Of a DNA stretch of 64,000 bases, positions 52,406 through 61,200 are shown piece after piece. Made by a program: the position numbers and the translations under genes. Source of the stretch: Phycisphaerae bacterium. GTDB taxonomy: Bacteria > Planctomycetota > Phycisphaerae > UBA1845. Under the pieces are notes generated by a model. The model worked only from the letters and a program-made list of their open reading frames with translations, was not told the origin of the DNA and ran no database searches. The DNA is taken from positions 352,001 through 416,000 of the forward strand of contig CAXXGO010000003.1 of assembly GCA_963666835.2 (NCBI GenBank), written 5' to 3'. How positions within the stretch are numbered: position 1 is the first letter of the stretch; each line of letters begins with the position of its first letter.

Positions 52406-52505
52406 CGTGGAGTGATCCGCGGCGGCGGTACGCATGCACCGTCCTAACGGACACCTGTAGGCGATCAGCAACTTGCTGGGGCGTCAGGAGGGTGTCATTA
52501 CTCAA
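52215..52505 (-). CDS. Excisionase-like HTH protein
   Basis: LLTPQQVADRLQVSVRTV..RRRGSLHA..GPWRF; TTG start overlapping the ATPase stop. Confidence 0.8.
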   Translation of the reverse strand: MSNDTLLTPQQVADRLQVSVRTVHAYRRRGSLHAIQLDGSGPWRFFESSLNRFLGIASPKKRSSDALRQADRERLVRLGLARPSQRVAPQSGRTLS

Positions 52506-54456
52506 GGAGGCACCCTCCCAACCGGTCAGCAACCGGGAAGAGTGACTGGTCCCAATTCGGGCCTCCGTCGGAGTCAGAACTACATGTAGGGCCCTCATAC
52601 CCAGAGAGAAGGGCCGATTTACCGTCAGTTGCGTCAGTTGCGCCAGAAACCCAATTATTAGGCCCGTGAGGCCCGATTCCGCTTGGCGCAACTCGGATCT
52701 CAACGTCGTCAGTTGCGCCAACATCGCGGCGGTTTGCGCCAGGATCGGCGTTGGCCGGAGGCTCCGGACCCCACCGCAGGGATATCGTCCGGCTGGAATC
52801 AGCCCCTCGACCACGGGATATGGACAGCCCCACAGCGTGTAATGCCCCCTCCAACCGCCCAATACGAGCGCTCAGCGATCGCGCGTTCCGCGGCCAACCC
52901 TGCGGCACTTGGTCAGGGACAAGCAGATTGAACAGGGCCGTCGATGTGCCCTCCCAACTGCGCCTGGCCCTAACAAACTTCAAGACGCCTTGGGCTACCG
53001 GATCAGACTCAATAACGTCCGCGACAATGCTCTGACGTTGCCCACAATAGGTCTCAAACGCCGCTGCCCCCAATACTCCATCCATCGCGGAGAGGATCCG
53101 CCCGAACTCGGCGAGACGGGGCAGGTTATCCGGGCGCGTGTCCGGCAGAATGCGGAGGACTTCGACCGCCAGGTCCAGCACACCCCCTAGAACCAACGGG
53201 TGAACTCGCCGAAACGCAGTCGCCTGCTCTACCTCTGTCCGGCGATCCGCTTCCGAGATCTGCTCAAGCTCCAGCAACATCAGACGAGAGCCGAGGTCAC
53301 CACGCATTGCGCCGGGATCGATACTCGTGAGCAATACGCACCGGCGAAACCCCACTACCGCAAGAGAATCGTCAGTGTACAACTTCCTTCGGAGCAGAGC
53401 CTCTCCGGTAACCGCCCGGCACAGCGCGTCACTCCAATCTGCGCGGATCGTCGAGACATTGTCGACCGGCACGACCCACGAGCCCGCGGCCCCGATCACC
53501 CACGCTTCCGTATCCCGCGGTGGCGTGCGAGGTCCTACTGCAGACGGGTCGAGAATGTCCGCCAGGAACCGAGCCGCCGTAGTCTTGCCAGCGCCCTCCC
53601 CGCCGCCTAACAGCACAATGGGATGATCGATATCGCCGAACAGCAGCGACACCAGCCAGCCGCATAGCAATGGCCAAGCCTCATCGTCTACGTTCAGAAG
53701 TCCCCGAAGATGGTCGAGATCTCCTCCTTTCGCCGGATCAGGTAGCTCACCGGTCAGGGCGGTGCGATAGAACAGAACCGGCGATCGAGCAACGACCTCC
53801 CAACCGCGCGGGCTAATCACGATGGCCCGCCCGTCCGACGAGCCCAAATCGATCACCCTGTCGTCGCCGTGTTCAGCAACGCGAAGGTGCACGGGTTCCG
53901 GCGTGCCCTCCAGGGCCATCCCCTCCAACACGAGCAGCGCGTCGCCAACTGCGGAGCTATTGGGGACCTTGCCGAACTGGCGATTGTAGTTCCGAGCCAT
54001 CTCGGCCCGGAGCGACTGCCGACCACCCCGGAACATCCGCGCTACGTTCGGGCCATCCTTCAGGACCGCGAAGGGTGAGCCCTCCATAGTCTGGCCCAGC
54101 CGATATCGCTCGTGGACCATGCCAACCAGCTTGTCGGCAACCCCATCTCCGCATCGATTCTCGCCATCCTGCCCGGCTTTGTCCTGCCGGAGTTCGTCAG
54201 CCTTAATAGCGTCGTTCGCCTCCAACTCGGCACTCTCCAGCATGCGGCAGACGTCTTCAACCTCGATGGGCTCGTCGCCGGTCAGACGTTCGTCAGACGC
54301 CCACTTCGTGGCTACCTCCTTACGTTTCCGCGGTGAGCCGAGACGGTACCGCTCCATCGCGACATCCCGTCCGCCGCGTGTGGCGATGAACAGTGTCATC
54401 CGGTTGGGTTCTGATTCGGTCCGAATCTCAAATGGTAGTCGGGCGTTATCCGGCAT
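52498..54456 (-). CDS. Replication ATPase/helicase-like protein of the element
   Basis: Walker A GGEGAGKTT, Walker B VVPVDN, LLTSI, RKLYTD; GAGGAGG RBS. Confidence 0.72.
   Translation of the reverse strand: MPDNARLPFEIRTESEPNRMTLFIATRGGRDVAMERYRLGSPRKRKEVATKWASDERLTGDEPIEVEDVCRMLESAELEANDAIKADELRQDKAGQDGENRCGDGVADKLVGMVHERYRLGQTMEGSPFAVLKDGPNVARMFRGGRQSLRAEMARNYNRQFGKVPNSSAVGDALLVLEGMALEGTPEPVHLRVAEHGDDRVIDLGSSDGRAIVISPRGWEVVARSPVLFYRTALTGELPDPAKGGDLDHLRGLLNVDDEAWPLLCGWLVSLLFGDIDHPIVLLGGGEGAGKTTAARFLADILDPSAVGPRTPPRDTEAWVIGAAGSWVVPVDNVSTIRADWSDALCRAVTGEALLRRKLYTDDSLAVVGFRRCVLLTSIDPGAMRGDLGSRLMLLELEQISEADRRTEVEQATAFRRVHPLVLGGVLDLAVEVLRILPDTRPDNLPRLAEFGRILSAMDGVLGAAAFETYCGQRQSIVADVIESDPVAQGVLKFVRARRSWEGTSTALFNLLVPDQVPQGWPRNARSLSARIGRLEGALHAVGLSISRGRGADSSRTISLRWGPEPPANADPGANRRDVGATDDVEIRVAPSGIGPHGPNNWVSGATDATDGKSALLSGYEGPTCSSDSDGGPNWDQSLFPVADRLGGCLLE
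52623..52741. repeat. Iteron-like repeats (putative element origin)
   Basis: CGTCAGTTGCG at 52623, 52632 and 52707; inverted TGGCGCAACT at 52684; TTTGCGCCA at 52733. Confidence 0.55.
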
Positions 54457-54946
54457 ATGCGTGCCTCCTCGACCGACGATGACTGACCACGGCCGCCTTG
54501 CGCTTGGGCGAAGCACCTCCCGGGACGAACGGCTCGGCGACCAGGTCTTTGGCCCGCCGCACAAGTTCCCCAGCCCGTCGACGCCGGTCCGCGAGGGACT
54601 TGACCGCCCCGGCCCATCGATCGACGTCAGTATCGAGCACGTCCTCCTCTACCAGCTCCTGAAGCTCGCTCGGATTGAACTCGACGCTGAACGGGTCCCG
54701 GGCTCGCCGGTTCAGCTCGTGCAGGTCGTCGAGGGTCAGCCGGACGTCATTCTCGGCCGCAGTGCAGAGAATCGCGAACAGCCACGAGTGCTCCGGGAAA
54801 CCAAAGTCCGCGCCGCACAACCCGATCCGGTACGCCGCGTTGTTCAACAAGACCGGAAAGTGGAATCCGCTCGACAGTAGCCGCCGCTCGTAGTCGCGAG
54901 CCTGCTCGACGTGGATTGCGGGGTAGTCGTCAATATGTCTGTTCAT
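54446..54946 (-). CDS. Stand-alone DnaB N-terminal-domain-like protein
   Basis: ERRLL..L.GADF.FPEH..LFAIL..WAGAVKSLADRRR resembles the DnaB_N pattern; no ATPase domain. Confidence 0.55.
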   Translation of the reverse strand: MNRHIDDYPAIHVEQARDYERRLLSSGFHFPVLLNNAAYRIGLCGADFGFPEHSWLFAILCTAAENDVRLTLDDLHELNRRARDPFSVEFNPSELQELVEEDVLDTDVDRWAGAVKSLADRRRRAGELVRRAKDLVAEPFVPGGASPKRKAAVVSHRRSRRHAYAG

Positions 54947-55422
54947 GACTTGCCCTCCACAACATCGAGCAAGCCCTGCGCGGCCGCGTAATCCCCAGAG
55001 ACGACGCGTGCGGCTTGATAGAGGTATCGCTCGCAGAACCTGCCTGCGGACATGTGACTACCGGCGAATACGAACGGAATGCGATACTGAGCCATCCATG
55101 CCGAGATGGAGCCCAGCACGGCCGCCGGTGTGACCTTCGGCCGCCAGCCACCGGCCTCGATGGTGTTAAGGTCAGCCTCGACTATCACACACCGGAACCG
55201 GAAGCCTCGAAGCCGCCGGAGTTCACGCTCGAAACGACGCCTGCTTCGGCCAACGCACTGAACGAGGTCGTATAACGACTTGTGTTCGACGCTGATTAGA
55301 CTGGTCAGCCCAGCAACCGAGCAATCCCCCGTCTCCAGGGTGCCCCGTTTGCTGGGCAGGTTCTCGAAGGTGAACGGGTTCTGCTCGCGGGTGTCGATGA
55401 TGATGTGGGCGTCAACCTTCAT
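54943..55422 (-). CDS. ERCC4/XPF-family nuclease domain protein
   Basis: IIIDTREQ, L.TGDC, VEHKSLYDL, RFERELRRL, IVEA. Confidence 0.85.
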   Translation of the reverse strand: MKVDAHIIIDTREQNPFTFENLPSKRGTLETGDCSVAGLTSLISVEHKSLYDLVQCVGRSRRRFERELRRLRGFRFRCVIVEADLNTIEAGGWRPKVTPAAVLGSISAWMAQYRIPFVFAGSHMSAGRFCERYLYQAARVVSGDYAAAQGLLDVVEGKS

Positions 55423-55621
55423 TGTACACACCCCCATGTCCCCCACGCCTGGCGTCAATCTCCCTGAGCGCCAGCACGGTGTACTGCCGAGCGAGATTCA
55501 GCTCCCCGCTGAGCGCGGCCGCGGCGGCCCGCAGGAGAATGAAGCCGGCCCCGTTCACAACGGCAGACAGCGGGATCTCCCGAAGCCCAGCCGCGACGGG
55601 GTTCTTGGTTGGGCGCCTCAT
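55412..55621 (-). CDS. Small hypothetical protein
   Basis: ATGA-coupled to the upstream HTH gene; overlaps the ERCC4 start. Confidence 0.5.
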   Translation of the reverse strand: MRRPTKNPVAAGLREIPLSAVVNGAGFILLRAAAAALSGELNLARQYTVLALREIDARRGGHGGVYNEG

Positions 55622-55869
55622 ACGGCACCGCCTTCCGCCGAGGCTTGCGCCGCCTCGACAGCGTCCTCCCAGCCCTCCTTGACCGAGACACCCTTCCGGC
55701 GGAGTTCGAACACGATGAACCGGACGTAGCTCGCCGGAATCTGCCGACGACCCGAAACAACCGGACATAGGTCATCTCGGAGTTTCCGGTCGTAGAACAA
55801 GCGGGTGATTACCGCAGGCTTCACGCCGAGGATTCTCGCTACACCACTTACACCCAAGATCGCTGACAT
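55618..55869 (-). CDS. Small HTH DNA-binding protein (AlpA/MerR-like)
   Basis: LGVSGVARILGVKPAVITRLFY..CPVVSGRRQIP; first gene of the operon. Confidence 0.65.
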   Translation of the reverse strand: MSAILGVSGVARILGVKPAVITRLFYDRKLRDDLCPVVSGRRQIPASYVRFIVFELRRKGVSVKEGWEDAVEAAQASAEGGAV

Positions 55870-55958
55870 ACTGCCATCTCCGCACCAGCCCATCATGACG
55901 ACCGCCACTCGGCAGCCCTTGTATGCGCAGTATTGTCAGAGATGTGCGCTTCCGATGT

Positions 55959-55994
55959 GGGTCACGAATGGGGCAAAAAAGGGTCACGAATGGG
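55959..55994. promoter_or_regulatory. Direct-repeat operator candidate
   Basis: GGGTCACGAATGGG at 55959 and 55981 (22-bp period). Confidence 0.5.
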
Positions 55995-56094
55995 CTGGCC
56001 GGGACGAAGAGTCTGAAGTGCGCGCACAGCCAAGCCCCGCCAGTGAGATCGGCAGGGCTTCATTCGCAGTTATCGCGCTATCGTAGTGCTCAGA

Positions 56095-57354
56095 CTACTT
56101 CTTCGGACCTTGTATCGGGTGTTCCTTGCAATAGGCCTGCCCCTTCTCTGTCGTCACCCGGCCTTGTTTTCCGCCTGCTGGACACATAATCAACCCGTGG
56201 GGCTCCAGGGCGTTCTCGCGAATCCTCCGAATGGCCTTTCTATCACGATCGGTGTTCTCTTGAAGAACCGTATCCGTGATGCCGGTTCCGCAATCGAGCG
56301 TGTGCTTGTTGATTGCGTGAAGGATCTGCAGGTCCGGGAAGTCCAGGCAGAACTCGCGGTCTTTCTCGCCCCCGCCATCCACAAGGGCGGCTGATCGGAC
56401 CCCAGTATTCTCCGAACCAGTGTTCGTTTTCCGGATGTTCTCGATTATCCTACAAACATCGCGAGACACCTGCCCCTTTATGGCCTCGACCGGATCTGCC
56501 GGAGCTTCACTGCAAACTCTCTCGGCGCGCATCTGATCGCAGAGAAGCTCATAGTCGTCAACCTCCTTCGAGCGGTACCCGAAGTGGAGTTTGAGCCCGT
56601 ACAAGTCAGAGTCTCCATCGAGCAGTGTCTTCCCGAACCACCTCGAAGCCCTCTCGACGGCCCGCTCGGCCTCGTCCTCGTCGTTGACCACCTTGGGCAC
56701 ATCCTCCATCGGAGAGGGCGAGTACCAGCCGAACCTCGGCAGGGGTTGGTCCGTGTATCCAAGGCGGAAGGCGAGCCGAGTCCCTAGCGTGCCGTTGAAC
56801 CGGCCAAAGCAAGCCGGATCCCGGGGCGGAAATACAGAATCGCCTTCAGACAACTCGCGTACCGCCTCTTGCTTGAATCTGACGAACGCTTCGGCGAGAC
56901 CCTGCTTGAGCTTCTGATCGCCGCAATCACCGATTCCGGGAAAGACCGCCTTCAGGTCTCGATCCAAGGAGTCGTGTTTGGTGATTCGCCCCATCCGATC
57001 TAGCAGGCTGGGGCGACGAGGCGGTTTCGCCGCGCCGCATTTTTGCCGCTCTGCAATCGACTCCTGTTTTGCCTTCTTGCGACCCACAAGAGCCCGCTTG
57101 CACGCCTCTCGGTTTTCCCGGAAGAGTCTCAAGAAGAAGTCCTCCACGGCATCGTTGATCTCGTCGTCGGGGATACCGTTAAACTCCTCGAACGGAAACG
57201 GGGGAAGGCCGAAGTCCAACGGCCCGGGAATGGGACGTCCGCAAGACTTCCAGTCATCATCTTCGTCGACCGGCGCGGGAATATCTCCCTCATCGATGAC
57301 GCGCAGGATGTTGAAATTCCACCAATGCCGATAGAAGACGCGATACCGCTTCAT
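56095..57354 (-). CDS. Hypothetical protein with C-terminal winged-helix-like segment
   Basis: 419-aa ORF, GAGAGGA RBS; DLQILHAI..RKAIRRIR..LEPHGLI..GRVTTEKG. Confidence 0.6.
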   Translation of the reverse strand: MKRYRVFYRHWWNFNILRVIDEGDIPAPVDEDDDWKSCGRPIPGPLDFGLPPFPFEEFNGIPDDEINDAVEDFFLRLFRENREACKRALVGRKKAKQESIAERQKCGAAKPPRRPSLLDRMGRITKHDSLDRDLKAVFPGIGDCGDQKLKQGLAEAFVRFKQEAVRELSEGDSVFPPRDPACFGRFNGTLGTRLAFRLGYTDQPLPRFGWYSPSPMEDVPKVVNDEDEAERAVERASRWFGKTLLDGDSDLYGLKLHFGYRSKEVDDYELLCDQMRAERVCSEAPADPVEAIKGQVSRDVCRIIENIRKTNTGSENTGVRSAALVDGGGEKDREFCLDFPDLQILHAINKHTLDCGTGITDTVLQENTDRDRKAIRRIRENALEPHGLIMCPAGGKQGRVTTEKGQAYCKEHPIQGPKK

Positions 57355-58227
57355 GACACCATCCTCTCGAAGGTCCGGCCGCCACCCGGGCGCCTCGCGG
57401 GATGGTCTCGCGAAGCGCCCAGGGGGCGTGCGGCGATAGCTAATCGCCTACCGGATGTTTCAATGCGGCTCTGGACCGGTGATATCTTCGCGGTGTTGAA
57501 TCCGCCGATCCGGAGTGGCTCCGAGGGCAAGCTACCCCCGAAGCATGTCTAACGACGCCCGCAATCATACCGCACAATTAACCCGCCGTCAAAGCTCACA
57601 CAAGTCTATACTACAAATGTGGTACAAGTTCGTGGCGGTACGCAGTGCCAGGCTCGGCGACTGCCAGAAGGCCCAATTTGTGACAGATGGCTGCCACATA
57701 ATTCCATCAGGAGATCGTCGTGGAGGCGATTAGGGCGGTAGTCGTCCGCCTCCCAAGGTAGGGACCGTCGTTCCCGGCTCCACGGGATCCTCGGATCTGC
57801 TGATTTGGTGGGTGCCGGGCCGGTCCGCGGATCCTCTCCCCAGCGTCACTGGGTAACGCTGGCCGGGGGTGCACGCACGACTTCCCGGGGCGTTGTCCCG
57901 CGCAGGGAAAGTCAAACCACCGGGGCGAGCATTTCGAGCCTCGTGAAGCGGGAAGGCCCGACCTAGACCACCTGCGCCGGGAGTGGTTCGATCGGGCCGG
58001 GCGCTCTGACGATGTGGATTGTGATCACCCACGCAGGTCCAGTAGTCCCTTATTGGGGTTTTTTCTTCAGGCATCGCTTCGGCACAGTAACGGTTCATCC
58101 ATCGCGCGGCCGGCGGCGGCGCTCTGCCGCCTCACCGGCCTTGCGGGCCATCCATACTCCCGCCCGAAGCCGCCATACGCCGCTCTGGCGTCCGTATGGA
58201 GTCCTCAACCGAAGCTACTCCGATTGA

Positions 58228-61200
58228 CTACGGACACCCCGCCGGATCGCTGAACGGGTACGGCTCGCCTTTGAACCCGGATACGGTTCGTTGGACATCG
58301 GTCATATTGACGATCGTGTTTGGTACCTCTCCGTCCAAGTCGACCCAGGTCAGAGGCGGCGCTGTTTCCAGCCCGGAGAAGCCCTGCAGAATCGCTTGAA
58401 TGTCGCTCATGTTCACCACACCGTTGGCCGGATCCCACGTTCCGGTGAAACCACCCACCACATCACCCCAGAACTTCACCCCGGGCTGCGCGACCGTGTT
58501 GACCAGAAGCGGATCGGAGAAGACGATCTCGTCCGGCGTAGCCGTTATCGCATACTCGGCCGCCGGAGTGATCAGACAATCTCCTACGTGCACAACTGCG
58601 GGCCAATCATCACCGAAGTACGCCACGTTCTCCACCTCCGACACCCATACGCCAGGATCATCCGGCACTTCGAGAGGCTCACCCACCCAACCATCGGCGC
58701 CGATCGAACCGGGGAAGTAGTCGCTACCGGTCAGCTCCACCTTGAACGCCACCGTGGCTGAACCGCTGTTTGGATCGAAGGAAACATAGCGGTTCTTCGG
58801 CTCGGCGTCGGTTCCCGTTGCCGGGAGCGGAGATGCCAAATCAATCTCAGCCAACTCACCACCGCGGGCGAAGTTGATGACGGCTCCTTCATCGATCAAC
58901 GTGTTGTAATAGACTTTGCACCGGTCGATCGTGATATTGGCCGCGGCTTTGCCATCCGCGCGGAAGATCAGCTCGTCTACGTATAGTGCTTCCGGTTCGG
59001 CGATACCCTGCTCGTCGTTGTCAAAGAGGTCAACGAACGAGACGGTACTGCCAGCCGCAACCTCCAGCCGGCCCATGGCGAAGTTGTCGCCATATCCGCC
59101 CCCGTCCGCACCCGCGACCTCGAATGTCTGAGATGTATCGCCGTTCATCGTCAGGAAACCGTCCGTCCAATCAAACCGAACGGGGTCCGTGCTTTCGTTC
59201 GCGAAGTCCCCACCGAGGAACACCCCGGCCGTGGGTGCTGCCCGGCCCTTGAAGGCCGGCCCTACGTAGACGTCGACAAAACCCGTCACAAGAAAGCGGC
59301 CCAGGACGGTCACGTGGGCGTTCTCATAGACGCGGAACTTCGGTGGCGGAGAGATTCCTCCCCGACTCGACAGGCCGCAACAGTTGAGGCAAACCGCCGC
59401 ATCCGCACCGACCATCTCGAAGTCGGCGCTCACGGTTACGGACATCTCGTCGGTCAGTTGCACTAAGCCTCCGAATGCCTGCGGGCATTCACAGCGGCCA
59501 TGCAGAATTGACAGATTCTCAGCACTGAGCGACGCAGATACCGGGCTACCCGAGGCCTGGTACACTCCGGCCGCCGCAACGGTCACCTGACCGGCAGAAA
59601 CATCGATCTCGCGATCGTGGGCCACGTACAGATTGCTGGACGGACACAGGGCCGGGTCATCGGTATCCAGACCGCCGCGGATGAGGAGTCCCGCCCCGGT
59701 CACGATGGCGAGGTCGTCGTCTTCCATGGCATCGTCGCTGGTGACGTTGAGCGTCGCCGCTTCAAGCAGAGCGAGGGAGTTGACCGTAACGGGCATATCG
59801 AGATTGACCGTCTCGGTGACGTTCGAATCGCCGCGGATAACAACGTTATATGTCGTTCCGCCGTCATTGTCCGGCACCTCGTCGTCCTGCCAGTTCTCCG
59901 GCGTGCTCCAGTCGTCGTCGGCACCTCCGTCATCCCATTCATGACATTCGTCCGGCACACCGAACGGCGCGAAGTCGTCCGCGGATGTCTCGTCTGCAAT
60001 GTCGCAGCCATCCGGAACGCCGTTGAGATTGCAGTCGTCGCAGCCCGGATCGACCGCCGAATCGCAGGCGGCAATGTCGCACTCGTCCGGAATGTCGTTT
60101 TCGTTGCAGTCCGCGCTCTGGCCGCAACCGGGGAGATTGCAGTTTCCATCCAGGGCGCCGCAGTCCAAATCGCATACGTCGGGAAGATGATTGACGTTGC
60201 AGTCCAGGTAATACTCGTAGGCCCCCATGTCGACTACCGGCGAGCCGGGAACACCCGTGTCGGCCGTGTCTGGGTCATCAACGGAGCGAGGTCTCCCGCT
60301 AAGGTCCAACGGCGTCGGTTCGACAATGTCGCCGTCGTCGTCTAGATCCGTAACGTCCGCCGGGAGTGCCGTACTATCGGCGGCGTCAATGCCCGGCGAT
60401 CCCGCCGAGAGCCGCAGGTCGTCGTCTTCAGTACCCACGATGTCGTCCAGCCCGTCGGCGTCCACCAGGAGCGGGTCTACGTTGATATTGTCAGCACCCG
60501 CCCCGACCAATGTCCCATCCTGCACGCAACAGTAATCCAGGGTCCGGCTACCCGAGCCGTCAGTTGCGATCTGCGGCGCGGAGCTGTTCCACAGAACGCA
60601 GTTGTCCATTAGAAGTACCGAGGACGATTGGAGCCAGGCCACGCTGCCCGTCGTCGAGGCGGAGTTGTTGCTGAACGTGCAGTTCACGAAGGTGCCCGTC
60701 GCCCCACCGTGTCCGAGAAGTGCGCCGCCGGATCCATCCGCCGTATTGCCGGAGAACGTGCTGTTAACGATGGTCTGCGCACCGAACGCGTCGGCAAACA
60801 TGATTGCCCCGCCCATCCCGGTGGCCAAGTTGTCGAGGAACTCACAATTAACCATGACGGTGTTATCGTTGCCCAAGGACGCCGCCCCACCGTTCACTGA
60901 CGTGTTAGCGATGAAACGGCAGTCCCGGAACTCCGGGACGCCGGGCCCACCGCTCGACGTAACCAACACCGCTCCGCCGTCTACCGCGCTGCGATTGTCC
61001 TGGAAGGTGCATTCCGAGATTGACGGGGCCGAGGTGGGTCCAGCCACGACTACCGCTCCCGCGGAGTCTATCGAGTCATTCTCGAGGAACCGGCAGTTCC
61101 GCACCGTGCAGCTACCATCCTGGACGTACAGGCCGCCACCCCGGCAGGACCCGCTACATCCCGCCGTATTGCCCGACCGGATGGTGAAGCCGTCCAGCAC

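Larger units (their letters stand above)
51151..57560. mobile_element. tRNA-Pro-integrated phage-satellite-like element (right end not identified)
   Basis: Integrase next to tRNA 3' end, convergent operon HTH-orf-ERCC4-DnaB_N-ATPase-xis, no virion genes. Confidence 0.7.
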
